DNA of 63,569 nucleotides from Candidatus Micrarchaeia archaeon (lineage in GTDB: Archaea > Micrarchaeota > Micrarchaeia > Burarchaeales > JAVZCV01), in assembly GCA_038874215.1 (NCBI GenBank), contig JAVZCV010000001.1, forward strand, positions 98,427 through 161,995. The letters are read 5' to 3'. Positions within the stretch are counted from its first letter, which is position 1; each line of letters opens with the position of its first letter. This document shows positions 28,547-36,677 of this stretch, in pieces. The notes under the pieces are model-generated. The model was not told the origin of the DNA. It was given only the letters and a program-made list of their open reading frames with translations, and searched no databases. Position numbers and translations under genes: made by a program.

Positions 28547-29437
28547 ATGAAAGTTAAAAACCTTCTTATCGGCATAACTGTTTTTCTTCTTGTTATCGTT
28601 ATTGTTGCGATAGGGTTGGTGTTAGTTATACCTGTGGCAGCGCCATCTCCCTGTGTAGGTGTTATAGAAGTGGATGGGCAAATAACCCTTAAAAAGCAAT
28701 CATACGGACTTTTTGAAACTCAGGGAATTTCAGCTGAGGAGATAGAGGAGATGATAGGGGAGGCAGAGATGAGGGACGATATAAAGGCTGTTGTATTTGA
28801 GATAAATTCGCCAGGCGGGTCTGTCGTTGCAACAAGAGAGATGTATGAGAATGTGAAAAGCCTGAAAAAGCCAAAGGTAGCATACCTACGAGAAATCGCC
28901 GCCTCGGGAGGATACTATGTTGCGGTTGGAACCGACTACATAGTCACCGATCCCGATGCGATTACGGGCAGCATTGGAGTTAGAGCTACATTTGAAGACT
29001 TGTCTGGACTATTTGAAAAGTTGGGTATAAATGTAACCACAATAAAATCAGGGGAGAAGAAAGACATCGGCGACCCGACGAGGCCGCTGAGCGAGGAGGA
29101 GAGAGCGATATTGCAGGGAATAGTTGATGAGATATTTCTTGAGTTTAGAGAAGATGTGAGGGAGAGCAGGGGAAGTCGGCTGAACAGCACGGCGTTCGCA
29201 GAGGTTCTTGATGGGAGGATATTAACAGGAAGACAGGCGAAAAGAGTGGGGCTTGTAGATGAGGTAGGCAACAAAAAAACCGCAATTAGGGTTGCGGGAC
29301 GGATGGCGGGCATTGAAGGTGAACCAAGGGTATGCAAGATAGAGCGGAGGGTTGGCCTTTGGGAAAGCATGCTGTCTGGTTTGGCCCGTGTGCTTCCATT
29401 AGAGAACTCACAGAGGATAAACCTGTATTTTTCTTAA
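28547..29437 (+). CDS. sppA: signal peptide peptidase SppA, 36K type (S49)
   Basis: EINSPGGSV and AASGGYY motifs, N-terminal TM anchor. Start set to the ATG at 28547 (MKVKNLLIGITVF). Confidence 0.9.
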   Translation: MKVKNLLIGITVFLLVIVIVAIGLVLVIPVAAPSPCVGVIEVDGQITLKKQSYGLFETQGISAEEIEEMIGEAEMRDDIKAVVFEINSPGGSVVATREMYENVKSLKKPKVAYLREIAASGGYYVAVGTDYIVTDPDAITGSIGVRATFEDLSGLFEKLGINVTTIKSGEKKDIGDPTRPLSEEERAILQGIVDEIFLEFREDVRESRGSRLNSTAFAEVLDGRILTGRQAKRVGLVDEVGNKKTAIRVAGRMAGIEGEPRVCKIERRVGLWESMLSGLARVLPLENSQRINLYFS

Positions 29438-29481
29438 AAAATCTCAAAAGGTTTATAATTGTGGATGGAGCATCTTATTCT

Positions 29482-30717
29482 ATGGAAAAAGGGGAAGATA
29501 CGAGCTCATTTGTAGAACTGCTTTTTGATAATTTTGGGGAAAGTGGGATTGAAGTGTATTGGCGCTTTTTGATGGGGGAGAGCCCCGAAGAGATAATGCT
29601 TGCCATGCGTTTGAGCGAAGCGCAGACGTTTAGAATTATTGAGTTCATAAAAAACATGAAGGGAGATGTTGGTGGGCTCTTTTATGGTGAGAAGAAACCA
29701 TGGGTAAAAAAGTACAAGGGTGAGGACGTTTTTTTGGAGATTAAAGAGGAGAAGGTAGGGATACGTGAGGATGCAGAAGTTATACATGAGGCGAGAATGG
29801 AGGACATGAAAAACGAACTGCTTGTGTATGGGCGCTTTGGTTCAAACGGTTTGAAAGCATGGGCCATGCTCCTTGCAGGTAGGAACCTAGGGGAGGTGAT
29901 AGCTAATACAGGCATGAGTGCTCTTGAGATAGGGAGGATGATAGAGTATCTGGTCTCTCCAAAAATAGAGATAGAGGAAAGCAAGGAGCAGATGGGAGAA
30001 ACAGAGACAGAAAAAAAAGAGATGGTGGAAGATGAAAGCCTCTACACTTCAAAGACTCTTGTAACCGCTATTCGGCCTGGTGTTGCTCCTTTCTCACTAC
30101 GAGATAGTTATGATATGCCTCTCTTTGATAGAAGTAGGGTTAGAGGTACAGACATCTTTAAACTCCAAATATTGATAATTGTGGGTGTCATTCTTCTTCT
30201 TATACTTATATACTTTTATTTTAAACCTCTTGTGAGCCCGACGAGCGTGGTAGTAGAACCAAGATTAACGATGAGTAGTGATAAAGACCGCTATTTATTT
30301 AACGAGAGTGTAAGAATTTTTGGCTCTGCGATAAACTGTGGCAATAACGTCAGTATATATGTTTCGGGGAATTTTTTGGATGAAGTTGCTGTTGAAGATG
30401 GGCATTATTCAAAGAGCATGCAGGGGCTCTCACCAGGCCAGCACGAGATAACGGCAAAATGTGGAAACACCACTACCACCCTATCCATTCTGGTTTTTGA
30501 ACCAGAATGTAGTGAGGGGGTTGTCGCTCCTTGCATTGATTCGCTTGGGTGCAGCGGTACAAGAACGTGTAGAAATGGCCGATGGACGGCATGCTACGTG
30601 AGAAGGATATGTACGCCTGGGGAAGAAGTAGGTTGCATGATGCCAGATGGCTGCAGTTTTGGAAAGAAAGTATGCAATGAGTGCGGGACGGATTTTGGAC
30701 CGTGTAGGCGGGTATGA
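29482..30717 (+). CDS. membrane-anchored protein: duplicated cytoplasmic HTH-like module, one TM, Ig-like plus Cys-rich ectodomain
   Basis: Repeat LLFDNFGESGIEVYWRFLMGESPEEIMLAMRLSEAQTFRIIEFI versus LLVYGRFGSNGLKAWAMLLAGRNLGEVIANTGMSALEIGRMIEYL. TM ILIIVGVILLLILIYFYF. 11 Cys in the last ~66 residues. TATA-like TTTATAAT about 25 nt upstream of the ATG at 29482. Confidence 0.7.
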   Translation: MEKGEDTSSFVELLFDNFGESGIEVYWRFLMGESPEEIMLAMRLSEAQTFRIIEFIKNMKGDVGGLFYGEKKPWVKKYKGEDVFLEIKEEKVGIREDAEVIHEARMEDMKNELLVYGRFGSNGLKAWAMLLAGRNLGEVIANTGMSALEIGRMIEYLVSPKIEIEESKEQMGETETEKKEMVEDESLYTSKTLVTAIRPGVAPFSLRDSYDMPLFDRSRVRGTDIFKLQILIIVGVILLLILIYFYFKPLVSPTSVVVEPRLTMSSDKDRYLFNESVRIFGSAINCGNNVSIYVSGNFLDEVAVEDGHYSKSMQGLSPGQHEITAKCGNTTTTLSILVFEPECSEGVVAPCIDSLGCSGTRTCRNGRWTACYVRRICTPGEEVGCMMPDGCSFGKKVCNECGTDFGPCRRV

Positions 30718-31514
30718 ACATGGGTGCAAAAAAGGCGTTTGTGTTCACAATTGATGCTTTCATATCGCTTACCATAGCGGTGATAATAATCTTTGCGATG
30801 TTGCTTCTTATCCACATCCCCCGCATACATTATGCAACCTACGAGCAAGAGTACGAAATAGCAGGCGATACACTCAGGGTATTGGACACGCTTAGGATTG
30901 GGTATATAACTGAAAACCCACACTGGAGTAAGGATGCGGTGGCGAATGCCCTCGGTGCAGAGGAGAAACATAGCGTTCTTGAACAAATTGTTGCTTACGC
31001 ATCCCAGCCCGGTGGGCTTGATCCATATCGGGTGGATTGTAGCAACCCAGGCACAATCGCAACTGATTTTGCGTGTGATTTTTTGGAAATGATGATTCCG
31101 AAGAGGTATGGCTATAGTTTAGAGCTAAACAGATTTGGTGCGTGGGAGACGATTGCAAAGCGTGAGAAGGCATATAGAAAGCTGCAGGCAGTAAGCACGC
31201 GGATAGTTTATGGCCCTGCATATACGACGATAAGCGAGGAGGCATATGGAACCATTGACCCATTCAATCCGACAAGCGGTGCGGACATTGAACCGAGGTC
31301 TCTTTACGTGATTGAGGGCGAATCACCATACTGTTATATGAGATGCCGGGGGTACCTGGGTTTTGGGAATGCTTATAAGAGCAGCGATGGTAGGATAGAA
31401 TCCCAGTTCCTTGACCCTTGTACGAGGGACCCTTGTAATCCCCCGAGCAACCCCGTATATCGGAAGGGCAATATAATCGGACCGTATGTGGTCAGGCTTG
31501 TGGTGTATATATGA
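30714..31514 (+). CDS. type IV pilin-like protein (class III signal peptide)
   Basis: N-terminus MNMGAKKA|FVFTIDAFISLTIAVIIIFAMLLL. ATGA overlap with the upstream gene. Cys-rich C-terminus. Confidence 0.7.
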   Translation: MNMGAKKAFVFTIDAFISLTIAVIIIFAMLLLIHIPRIHYATYEQEYEIAGDTLRVLDTLRIGYITENPHWSKDAVANALGAEEKHSVLEQIVAYASQPGGLDPYRVDCSNPGTIATDFACDFLEMMIPKRYGYSLELNRFGAWETIAKREKAYRKLQAVSTRIVYGPAYTTISEEAYGTIDPFNPTSGADIEPRSLYVIEGESPYCYMRCRGYLGFGNAYKSSDGRIESQFLDPCTRDPCNPPSNPVYRKGNIIGPYVVRLVVYI

Positions 31515-34249
31515 AATGCTGTAGTAAGAAGGGATTCCTCTTCACTCTCCTTGTCTTTATAGTTCTTGTCTTTATCGTTTTCTTGGCTTACATAATGGTA
31601 AAAAATGTTGAAGAGAAGGAGAGAACAAGAGCTGAGGAGTTTAAGATAAAAACCCTTCTTTCTATTTCGCGCTCGCTTAGCAAAGAAGAGATAAACGAAA
31701 TGGCCAGAACCGCAAATACGCGCGCCCTCTACTGTTTCAACAAATACGTGTATTATAACGGTTACATTACTGATGAGGATGGTGATGGGAATATCGTTGA
31801 TGATGAGGTGAAGGATAAGATAGAAGAAATAATCGTTCGCGGTATAGCGGACCCAGAAAGGCCAGTAGAAAATTGCATGGGTGGAGCAGACTTGGAAACA
31901 ATAGTAAGCAAAATTGAAAGTAGTGTTGGCATCGTTGGTTTTTCTGCTGATGTAGACGTAGAAAACCTTCAGGTAGAACAGCAGGACCCGTGGAGTATAA
32001 AATTTGAGTACGACATGGTGATTAGTATCAGAGATAGCTCCCCAGAACCCAAGATGAGTTTGCACCGCAGAGTGCACGTAAGCAACAGGATTCCCATAAC
32101 AGGGCTTGTGGACCCTGTTACGGCATTGGAGAGCAGGAGTAAGACGCAGCACACAGGTATGGATAGGTTCATCAAGCAGATTTACTACCCAAAACGCATT
32201 CTTGTCTATACGAATGCGAGGGAAAATGATGCTGGGTTAAATGCAGAGTCCTTTAACAACGACCTTGTCAGAATTCTTGGTGAGCAAGGCTATACTGTAA
32301 CAGTCATGGACAGGTACGATGCCTCGGGTAATCTCAAAATAGATGCGAAGCTCACAGATAGCCTGCTCGCTAATTTTTCGCAGTTGTGGGTTATATCCTC
32401 TCGTGATTGCTCTGGTTGCAAACTTGATGAAGATGATCCTTTGGGGGAGATGGAGAGGGCAGCGGTAAGAAAGTTCCATAAACGCGGCAATGGGATAGCG
32501 CTGTTTTCATACGGGCATCCCCAGGATGCTAAGGTATTTGCCAACAGTATTCTTGAAGCTCTTGGGATGATGAGAAGTGACGGATATGCTGAGTTTGTGG
32601 ATGGGGAAGTTGATAGAAAAGATGGGATAAATTTAACCGAATCGGATATATCTTACAGTACCAGCTCGCCTATATTTTACAATGTTGATAGGATAAGCGG
32701 TGGTAAAAAGGAGGCGAAAATAGAGATTGCGCTATCCAACCCAAAGGCCGCACGCATTCTCTGGGACGAGCGTACGGGAAAACAAGGCAATGTTGTTGTG
32801 GTCGTGGACGAGGATACGGCTGGGGAGATTATAGGGGGCCGTGTTCTTCTTGATTCTTCTTTTACCAGATTGCGCGACGCAGATGTAGTGGCGACCGCGA
32901 GTGGTGCTTATGATGACGGGGGTATAACGGATTATGAGACTGCACAATACGCGGTTAACATCGCAGATTACCTTGCGAATAGTCCTCAGCGCCCACCCGA
33001 AGGGTATGTCATGCTCCTTACAGAGAAACATGGCGGTGATGGTTTAAGAATCCGTGGCAAAGGTTGGTTTTATGGAAATTGGACTGAAATTTTTGATGAA
33101 TATGCAAACATATTAGTAACGGATAACCCCAAGCACGTGTTGGAGGTTCTTTCTAATCCTAGTGATGCGAACTATGAGAAATACGTGAAATTCGGTGCCT
33201 TCATCATAACTGTGGAGCCGAGCATAGATGTGGGTAGAAGCGACCCAGGGACATACGATGATACTGGCACGCCTGGGACGGACTCATCGTGCAATTATCT
33301 TGGCGGAACTTTTGATGATGGTATGGGAAACACCTGTGATTATGAAGTTTATGCAGAAGATCCCAATGGCCCTGGGGGTTGTTTTGACTGCTTACGCTGG
33401 AGCAAAGGTTGTAGTGTAGGTGGTGTTACACACTGTGAATTAAAGCCAGAGGTCTGGGCTAACAGAATAGACAGGCCTTTTATAGTTTTTCCAGAGTTTT
33501 CAGACTATAAAGATAAACTTGAAACGTACAGGCACGGCATACTGATAGATACGCATACGTGGAAAAATGCTGATAATATTGATATGGATGATGTGAGGGC
33601 AGGGGACGATGATAACCCCGATTCACCGTCTAACGCTTACTGGCGCATATATGACATTGAAGGAATGCGCGAACTATCAGTGTGCCTGTTCTACGAGAGG
33701 AACAACAGCGCACCAAGTTTTCTTAAGAGGCACACCGTGCAGTGGGATGAAACAGGTAGCACGGATTTGGATGAAAATGGAATACAGAGTTTTGTAGTGT
33801 TCAGTAGGGAGGATACGAACAGATGGGACTACACGCGTGTTGATTACCTATTCTGGCGGGGAGAAGGCGAAAATCTCGTGAATACTGGGGGCGACCCAAA
33901 TGAAGACCCGGATAACCCGTCTCAACCGCCTAATCCACCGTGGCTCGGCGACAATAATGCTGTTCCTGGGGAATATGTGATAAAGGGCATGCCGGGTTGC
34001 AAATATTCTGCGATGTGTACGTGCCCCTTACTATCACCACTCAGATTGTTTAGGTTGAGTGGGGATGATGTAGAACGGTTCGGTATTGTCCAGAGCGTTG
34101 ACCACGATAATGATGCGAGTACTCCTCCTATTGATATAAACATCGCATGTAGGGATTACGTAAAAAACAAGGGACGCCCAGACGAGAAAACTTATAAGGC
34201 GGGTGCAGCATGCGTTGACGATGATTTCAAAGCGGCAAACTGTCCTTGA
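31511..34249 (+). CDS. giant (912 aa) pilin-like surface protein
   Basis: N-terminus MKCCSKKG|FLFTLLVFIVLVFIVFLAYIMV. ATGA overlap with the upstream gene. Large D/G/C-rich extracellular region. Confidence 0.75.
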   Translation: MKCCSKKGFLFTLLVFIVLVFIVFLAYIMVKNVEEKERTRAEEFKIKTLLSISRSLSKEEINEMARTANTRALYCFNKYVYYNGYITDEDGDGNIVDDEVKDKIEEIIVRGIADPERPVENCMGGADLETIVSKIESSVGIVGFSADVDVENLQVEQQDPWSIKFEYDMVISIRDSSPEPKMSLHRRVHVSNRIPITGLVDPVTALESRSKTQHTGMDRFIKQIYYPKRILVYTNARENDAGLNAESFNNDLVRILGEQGYTVTVMDRYDASGNLKIDAKLTDSLLANFSQLWVISSRDCSGCKLDEDDPLGEMERAAVRKFHKRGNGIALFSYGHPQDAKVFANSILEALGMMRSDGYAEFVDGEVDRKDGINLTESDISYSTSSPIFYNVDRISGGKKEAKIEIALSNPKAARILWDERTGKQGNVVVVVDEDTAGEIIGGRVLLDSSFTRLRDADVVATASGAYDDGGITDYETAQYAVNIADYLANSPQRPPEGYVMLLTEKHGGDGLRIRGKGWFYGNWTEIFDEYANILVTDNPKHVLEVLSNPSDANYEKYVKFGAFIITVEPSIDVGRSDPGTYDDTGTPGTDSSCNYLGGTFDDGMGNTCDYEVYAEDPNGPGGCFDCLRWSKGCSVGGVTHCELKPEVWANRIDRPFIVFPEFSDYKDKLETYRHGILIDTHTWKNADNIDMDDVRAGDDDNPDSPSNAYWRIYDIEGMRELSVCLFYERNNSAPSFLKRHTVQWDETGSTDLDENGIQSFVVFSREDTNRWDYTRVDYLFWRGEGENLVNTGGDPNEDPDNPSQPPNPPWLGDNNAVPGEYVIKGMPGCKYSAMCTCPLLSPLRLFRLSGDDVERFGIVQSVDHDNDASTPPIDINIACRDYVKNKGRPDEKTYKAGAACVDDDFKAANCP

Positions 34250-34259
34250 TGGTGTAAAC

Positions 34260-34820
34260 ATGAAAGCGCAGGCAAGCATTGAGATGATGACTGTTATAGC
34301 GTTCATGGCCATCGTGCTTGTACCGCTCATAGTTATTCTATACCATAACACGCAGAATAGCCTTGACCGCATAGCGGTTGAGAGGGCACAGGACACGGCT
34401 GCTATGATAAGCGAAATTGTTTTTGAGGTATGGGCTGAGGGCGGCATGTATAGGTTTGATGCGACAGACCCGACAAAGCCAAGCGCCACTGCGGAAGCTG
34501 TCAGGACGGTGATGGTGCCGCCGAGGGTCAAGATGGTTGCGGTTGGAAGCACAACACAGATAGATCCGAGCGATCCGAGCAATCACGAAAAGGGGAATGA
34601 GATTATTATATTCTTGGAGACTACTTCGGGTGTTATGCAGGTAGCGGTTAAAACAGTACCTGTGGTAAGGGAATCCGAAGACCCCAATAAACGCATAACA
34701 AAATGCGAAAACAGGTTTGGCGGAGGTGGAAAATACTGCTATGTCCCGTCAGGACCTATTAGGATAAGAGTTCGGCATGACCCCGTACAAAAAGATGTTC
34801 TTGTGGTGGAGAGAGCATAA
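34260..34820 (+). CDS. type IV pilin-like protein (class III signal peptide)
   Basis: MKA|QASIEMMTVIAFMAIVLVPLIVILY matches the archaeal class III signal consensus (K/R-G/A-Q-x-S-x-E). Lies 10 nt after the upstream stop. Confidence 0.75.
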   Translation: MKAQASIEMMTVIAFMAIVLVPLIVILYHNTQNSLDRIAVERAQDTAAMISEIVFEVWAEGGMYRFDATDPTKPSATAEAVRTVMVPPRVKMVAVGSTTQIDPSDPSNHEKGNEIIIFLETTSGVMQVAVKTVPVVRESEDPNKRITKCENRFGGGGKYCYVPSGPIRIRVRHDPVQKDVLVVERA

Positions 34821-34821
34821 C

Positions 34822-35364
34822 ATGAAAAAAGCACAAGCAGCGAATGAATTCGTTATGTTCTTCGGCTTTTTCCTACTCATATTCATGATTTTTCTTATAT
34901 TAGTAGTAGTTGAGGTAGGGGGGGAGGTAGACAGGGAAAAAAAGAGGCAGGCATACTACATAGTTGCGGATTTTGCAAGGGAGATAAACGATGCAGTTAT
35001 GTTGGGCGACGGCTACATGAGATACTACGAGTTTCCGCAAACAATAGCGGGGAATAGATACAACGTCACGATAAGACGCTCTGGTTTTGTTGAACTCTGC
35101 GTGATAGATGAAAGTAGCACGGCATGTTCACCTAAAAGTTTCTATGTATTCGCACCGTTGCTTATTAGAGATGGCTTTGAAGCAGATAATTTTGGAGATC
35201 CAGCTATAGACATTCTAACGTTTGATGGTGGTTTAAGTGTAGACCCTAAAGATGATGGGTGGATTGTGGATACGGTAATAGGGGATGGAGGAACCCAGCA
35301 TGATACTCTGGTGATTAAAAACGATAATGGGAAGATAAAATTAGGGCAGAAGAAAGTTGCATAG
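34822..35364 (+). CDS. type IV pilin-like protein (class III signal peptide)
   Basis: MKKA|QAANEFVMFFGFFLLIFMIFLILVVV; 1-nt spacer after the upstream stop. Confidence 0.75.
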   Translation: MKKAQAANEFVMFFGFFLLIFMIFLILVVVEVGGEVDREKKRQAYYIVADFAREINDAVMLGDGYMRYYEFPQTIAGNRYNVTIRRSGFVELCVIDESSTACSPKSFYVFAPLLIRDGFEADNFGDPAIDILTFDGGLSVDPKDDGWIVDTVIGDGGTQHDTLVIKNDNGKIKLGQKKVA

Positions 35365-36039
35365 GTGGTTATTTTGGAAAGGCGTTGGTTAAGGGCTCAA
35401 ATATACGCTCTTGATGCGATAATGGGTGCCATAATATTCACGATAACCCTATCGGTTATATTTTTCTACTGGTGGGCGATGGGTCCGATGCTCTATGACC
35501 AGAGGGAAGATATGAAGGCCGAGGCTGTACGTGCGGCAGGCATGCTAATGACATCCGGGAATCCAGAAAACTGGGATGAACTCGTCAATCCTAACGATTA
35601 TTCTACGTTTGGTGATGTAAGGCAGGTTGGGTTGATGAGAGATATGAATACGAACGAAATTAGCAAGGAGAAGATGGGTAATCTTACCGAGATGATAGGT
35701 TATAACACAATCGTAGGTCCGCCAGCTCTCGGACCAGGAAGCCCAGATTATGATTTTTATTACAAGGTGCGCGAGCTTTTAGGGATATCCTATCATTTCA
35801 ACATAACTATCGTTGATGTTGATGTTAGCAGTGGTGAAGAAAGGGAGAGAATAATAGCGAAGGCAGGTGTTTGCCCAAGACCCGATACCCCTGCAACAGG
35901 TTGCAGTTGCACAGTTAATGACGCATACTGCGTCTGCCGCCTCATGAATGTTGTCACTGTTGAGAGGAACATAATTTATGACGATGGAGCTGGCAAAAAG
36001 CCTGTTATTTTGAGGTTGCAACTCTGGTCAACCGCCTAA
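35365..36039 (+). CDS. type IV pilin-like protein
   Basis: GTG start abutting the upstream stop. The N-terminus ..RRWLRA|QIYALDAIMGAIIFTITLSVIFFYWW parallels the FTIDAFISL N-terminus of the 30714 gene. Confidence 0.65.
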   Translation: MVILERRWLRAQIYALDAIMGAIIFTITLSVIFFYWWAMGPMLYDQREDMKAEAVRAAGMLMTSGNPENWDELVNPNDYSTFGDVRQVGLMRDMNTNEISKEKMGNLTEMIGYNTIVGPPALGPGSPDYDFYYKVRELLGISYHFNITIVDVDVSSGEERERIIAKAGVCPRPDTPATGCSCTVNDAYCVCRLMNVVTVERNIIYDDGAGKKPVILRLQLWSTA

Positions 36040-36098
36040 TTCTGTCCGACATATGCCGAGGATAAGCGTATATACCAGAAAAAATAGATAGCATAGGG

Positions 36099-36677
36099 GT
36101 GGCGATGGTTTACGCAACTTCCCAGTCGCAGAAAGGAGGTATGGAAATACCGCATGGGGTGAAAAACGAAATATTGGCTGGTATAAACAATCTGCAAAAA
36201 ATAAAGCAGACGCTTGAAGCATACGAATGCGGGCATCCTGCATTTAGACCAGAAATAGAAAAAATAATCAATAGGATAGAGAGGCAGATGGAGGATTTGA
36301 GGAGGGAGGGAATAACAAGGGAGGAGTTAAACAGGATTTTGGAGTTTGTTAAAAATATCCAAGTGCAACCGATTGTCGTTGCTGCAAAAAGGGAGGCAGA
36401 AATTAGGGGTATGAAGCCAGCAACAGAAGGTCTGATGAATAGCGTCATGCATGAGGAGAGGAGAGGACATGAACCCGTCAGGATGACAAAAACGTTGCAG
36501 GGCGCCTTGATAGAACTCATGAATGCTGCGGCAAAAGATGGAACACAGACTGTTAGGCTTGTTTGCGATGAAAAGCTATGTGAGGAGATAATGAGAATTT
36601 TGAGGACACAGTTTGCTTGGCGACCGCCAAAAGAAATAAGTAGGAACGGCAATACGCTTACTGTAAATTTTTCGTAA
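36099..36677 (+). CDS. hypothetical protein
   Basis: 192-aa ORF (GTG 36099 or ATG 36105, preceded by AGGGGTGG). Helical, charged, no recognised motif. Confidence 0.5.
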   Translation: MAMVYATSQSQKGGMEIPHGVKNEILAGINNLQKIKQTLEAYECGHPAFRPEIEKIINRIERQMEDLRREGITREELNRILEFVKNIQVQPIVVAAKREAEIRGMKPATEGLMNSVMHEERRGHEPVRMTKTLQGALIELMNAAAKDGTQTVRLVCDEKLCEEIMRILRTQFAWRPPKEISRNGNTLTVNFS

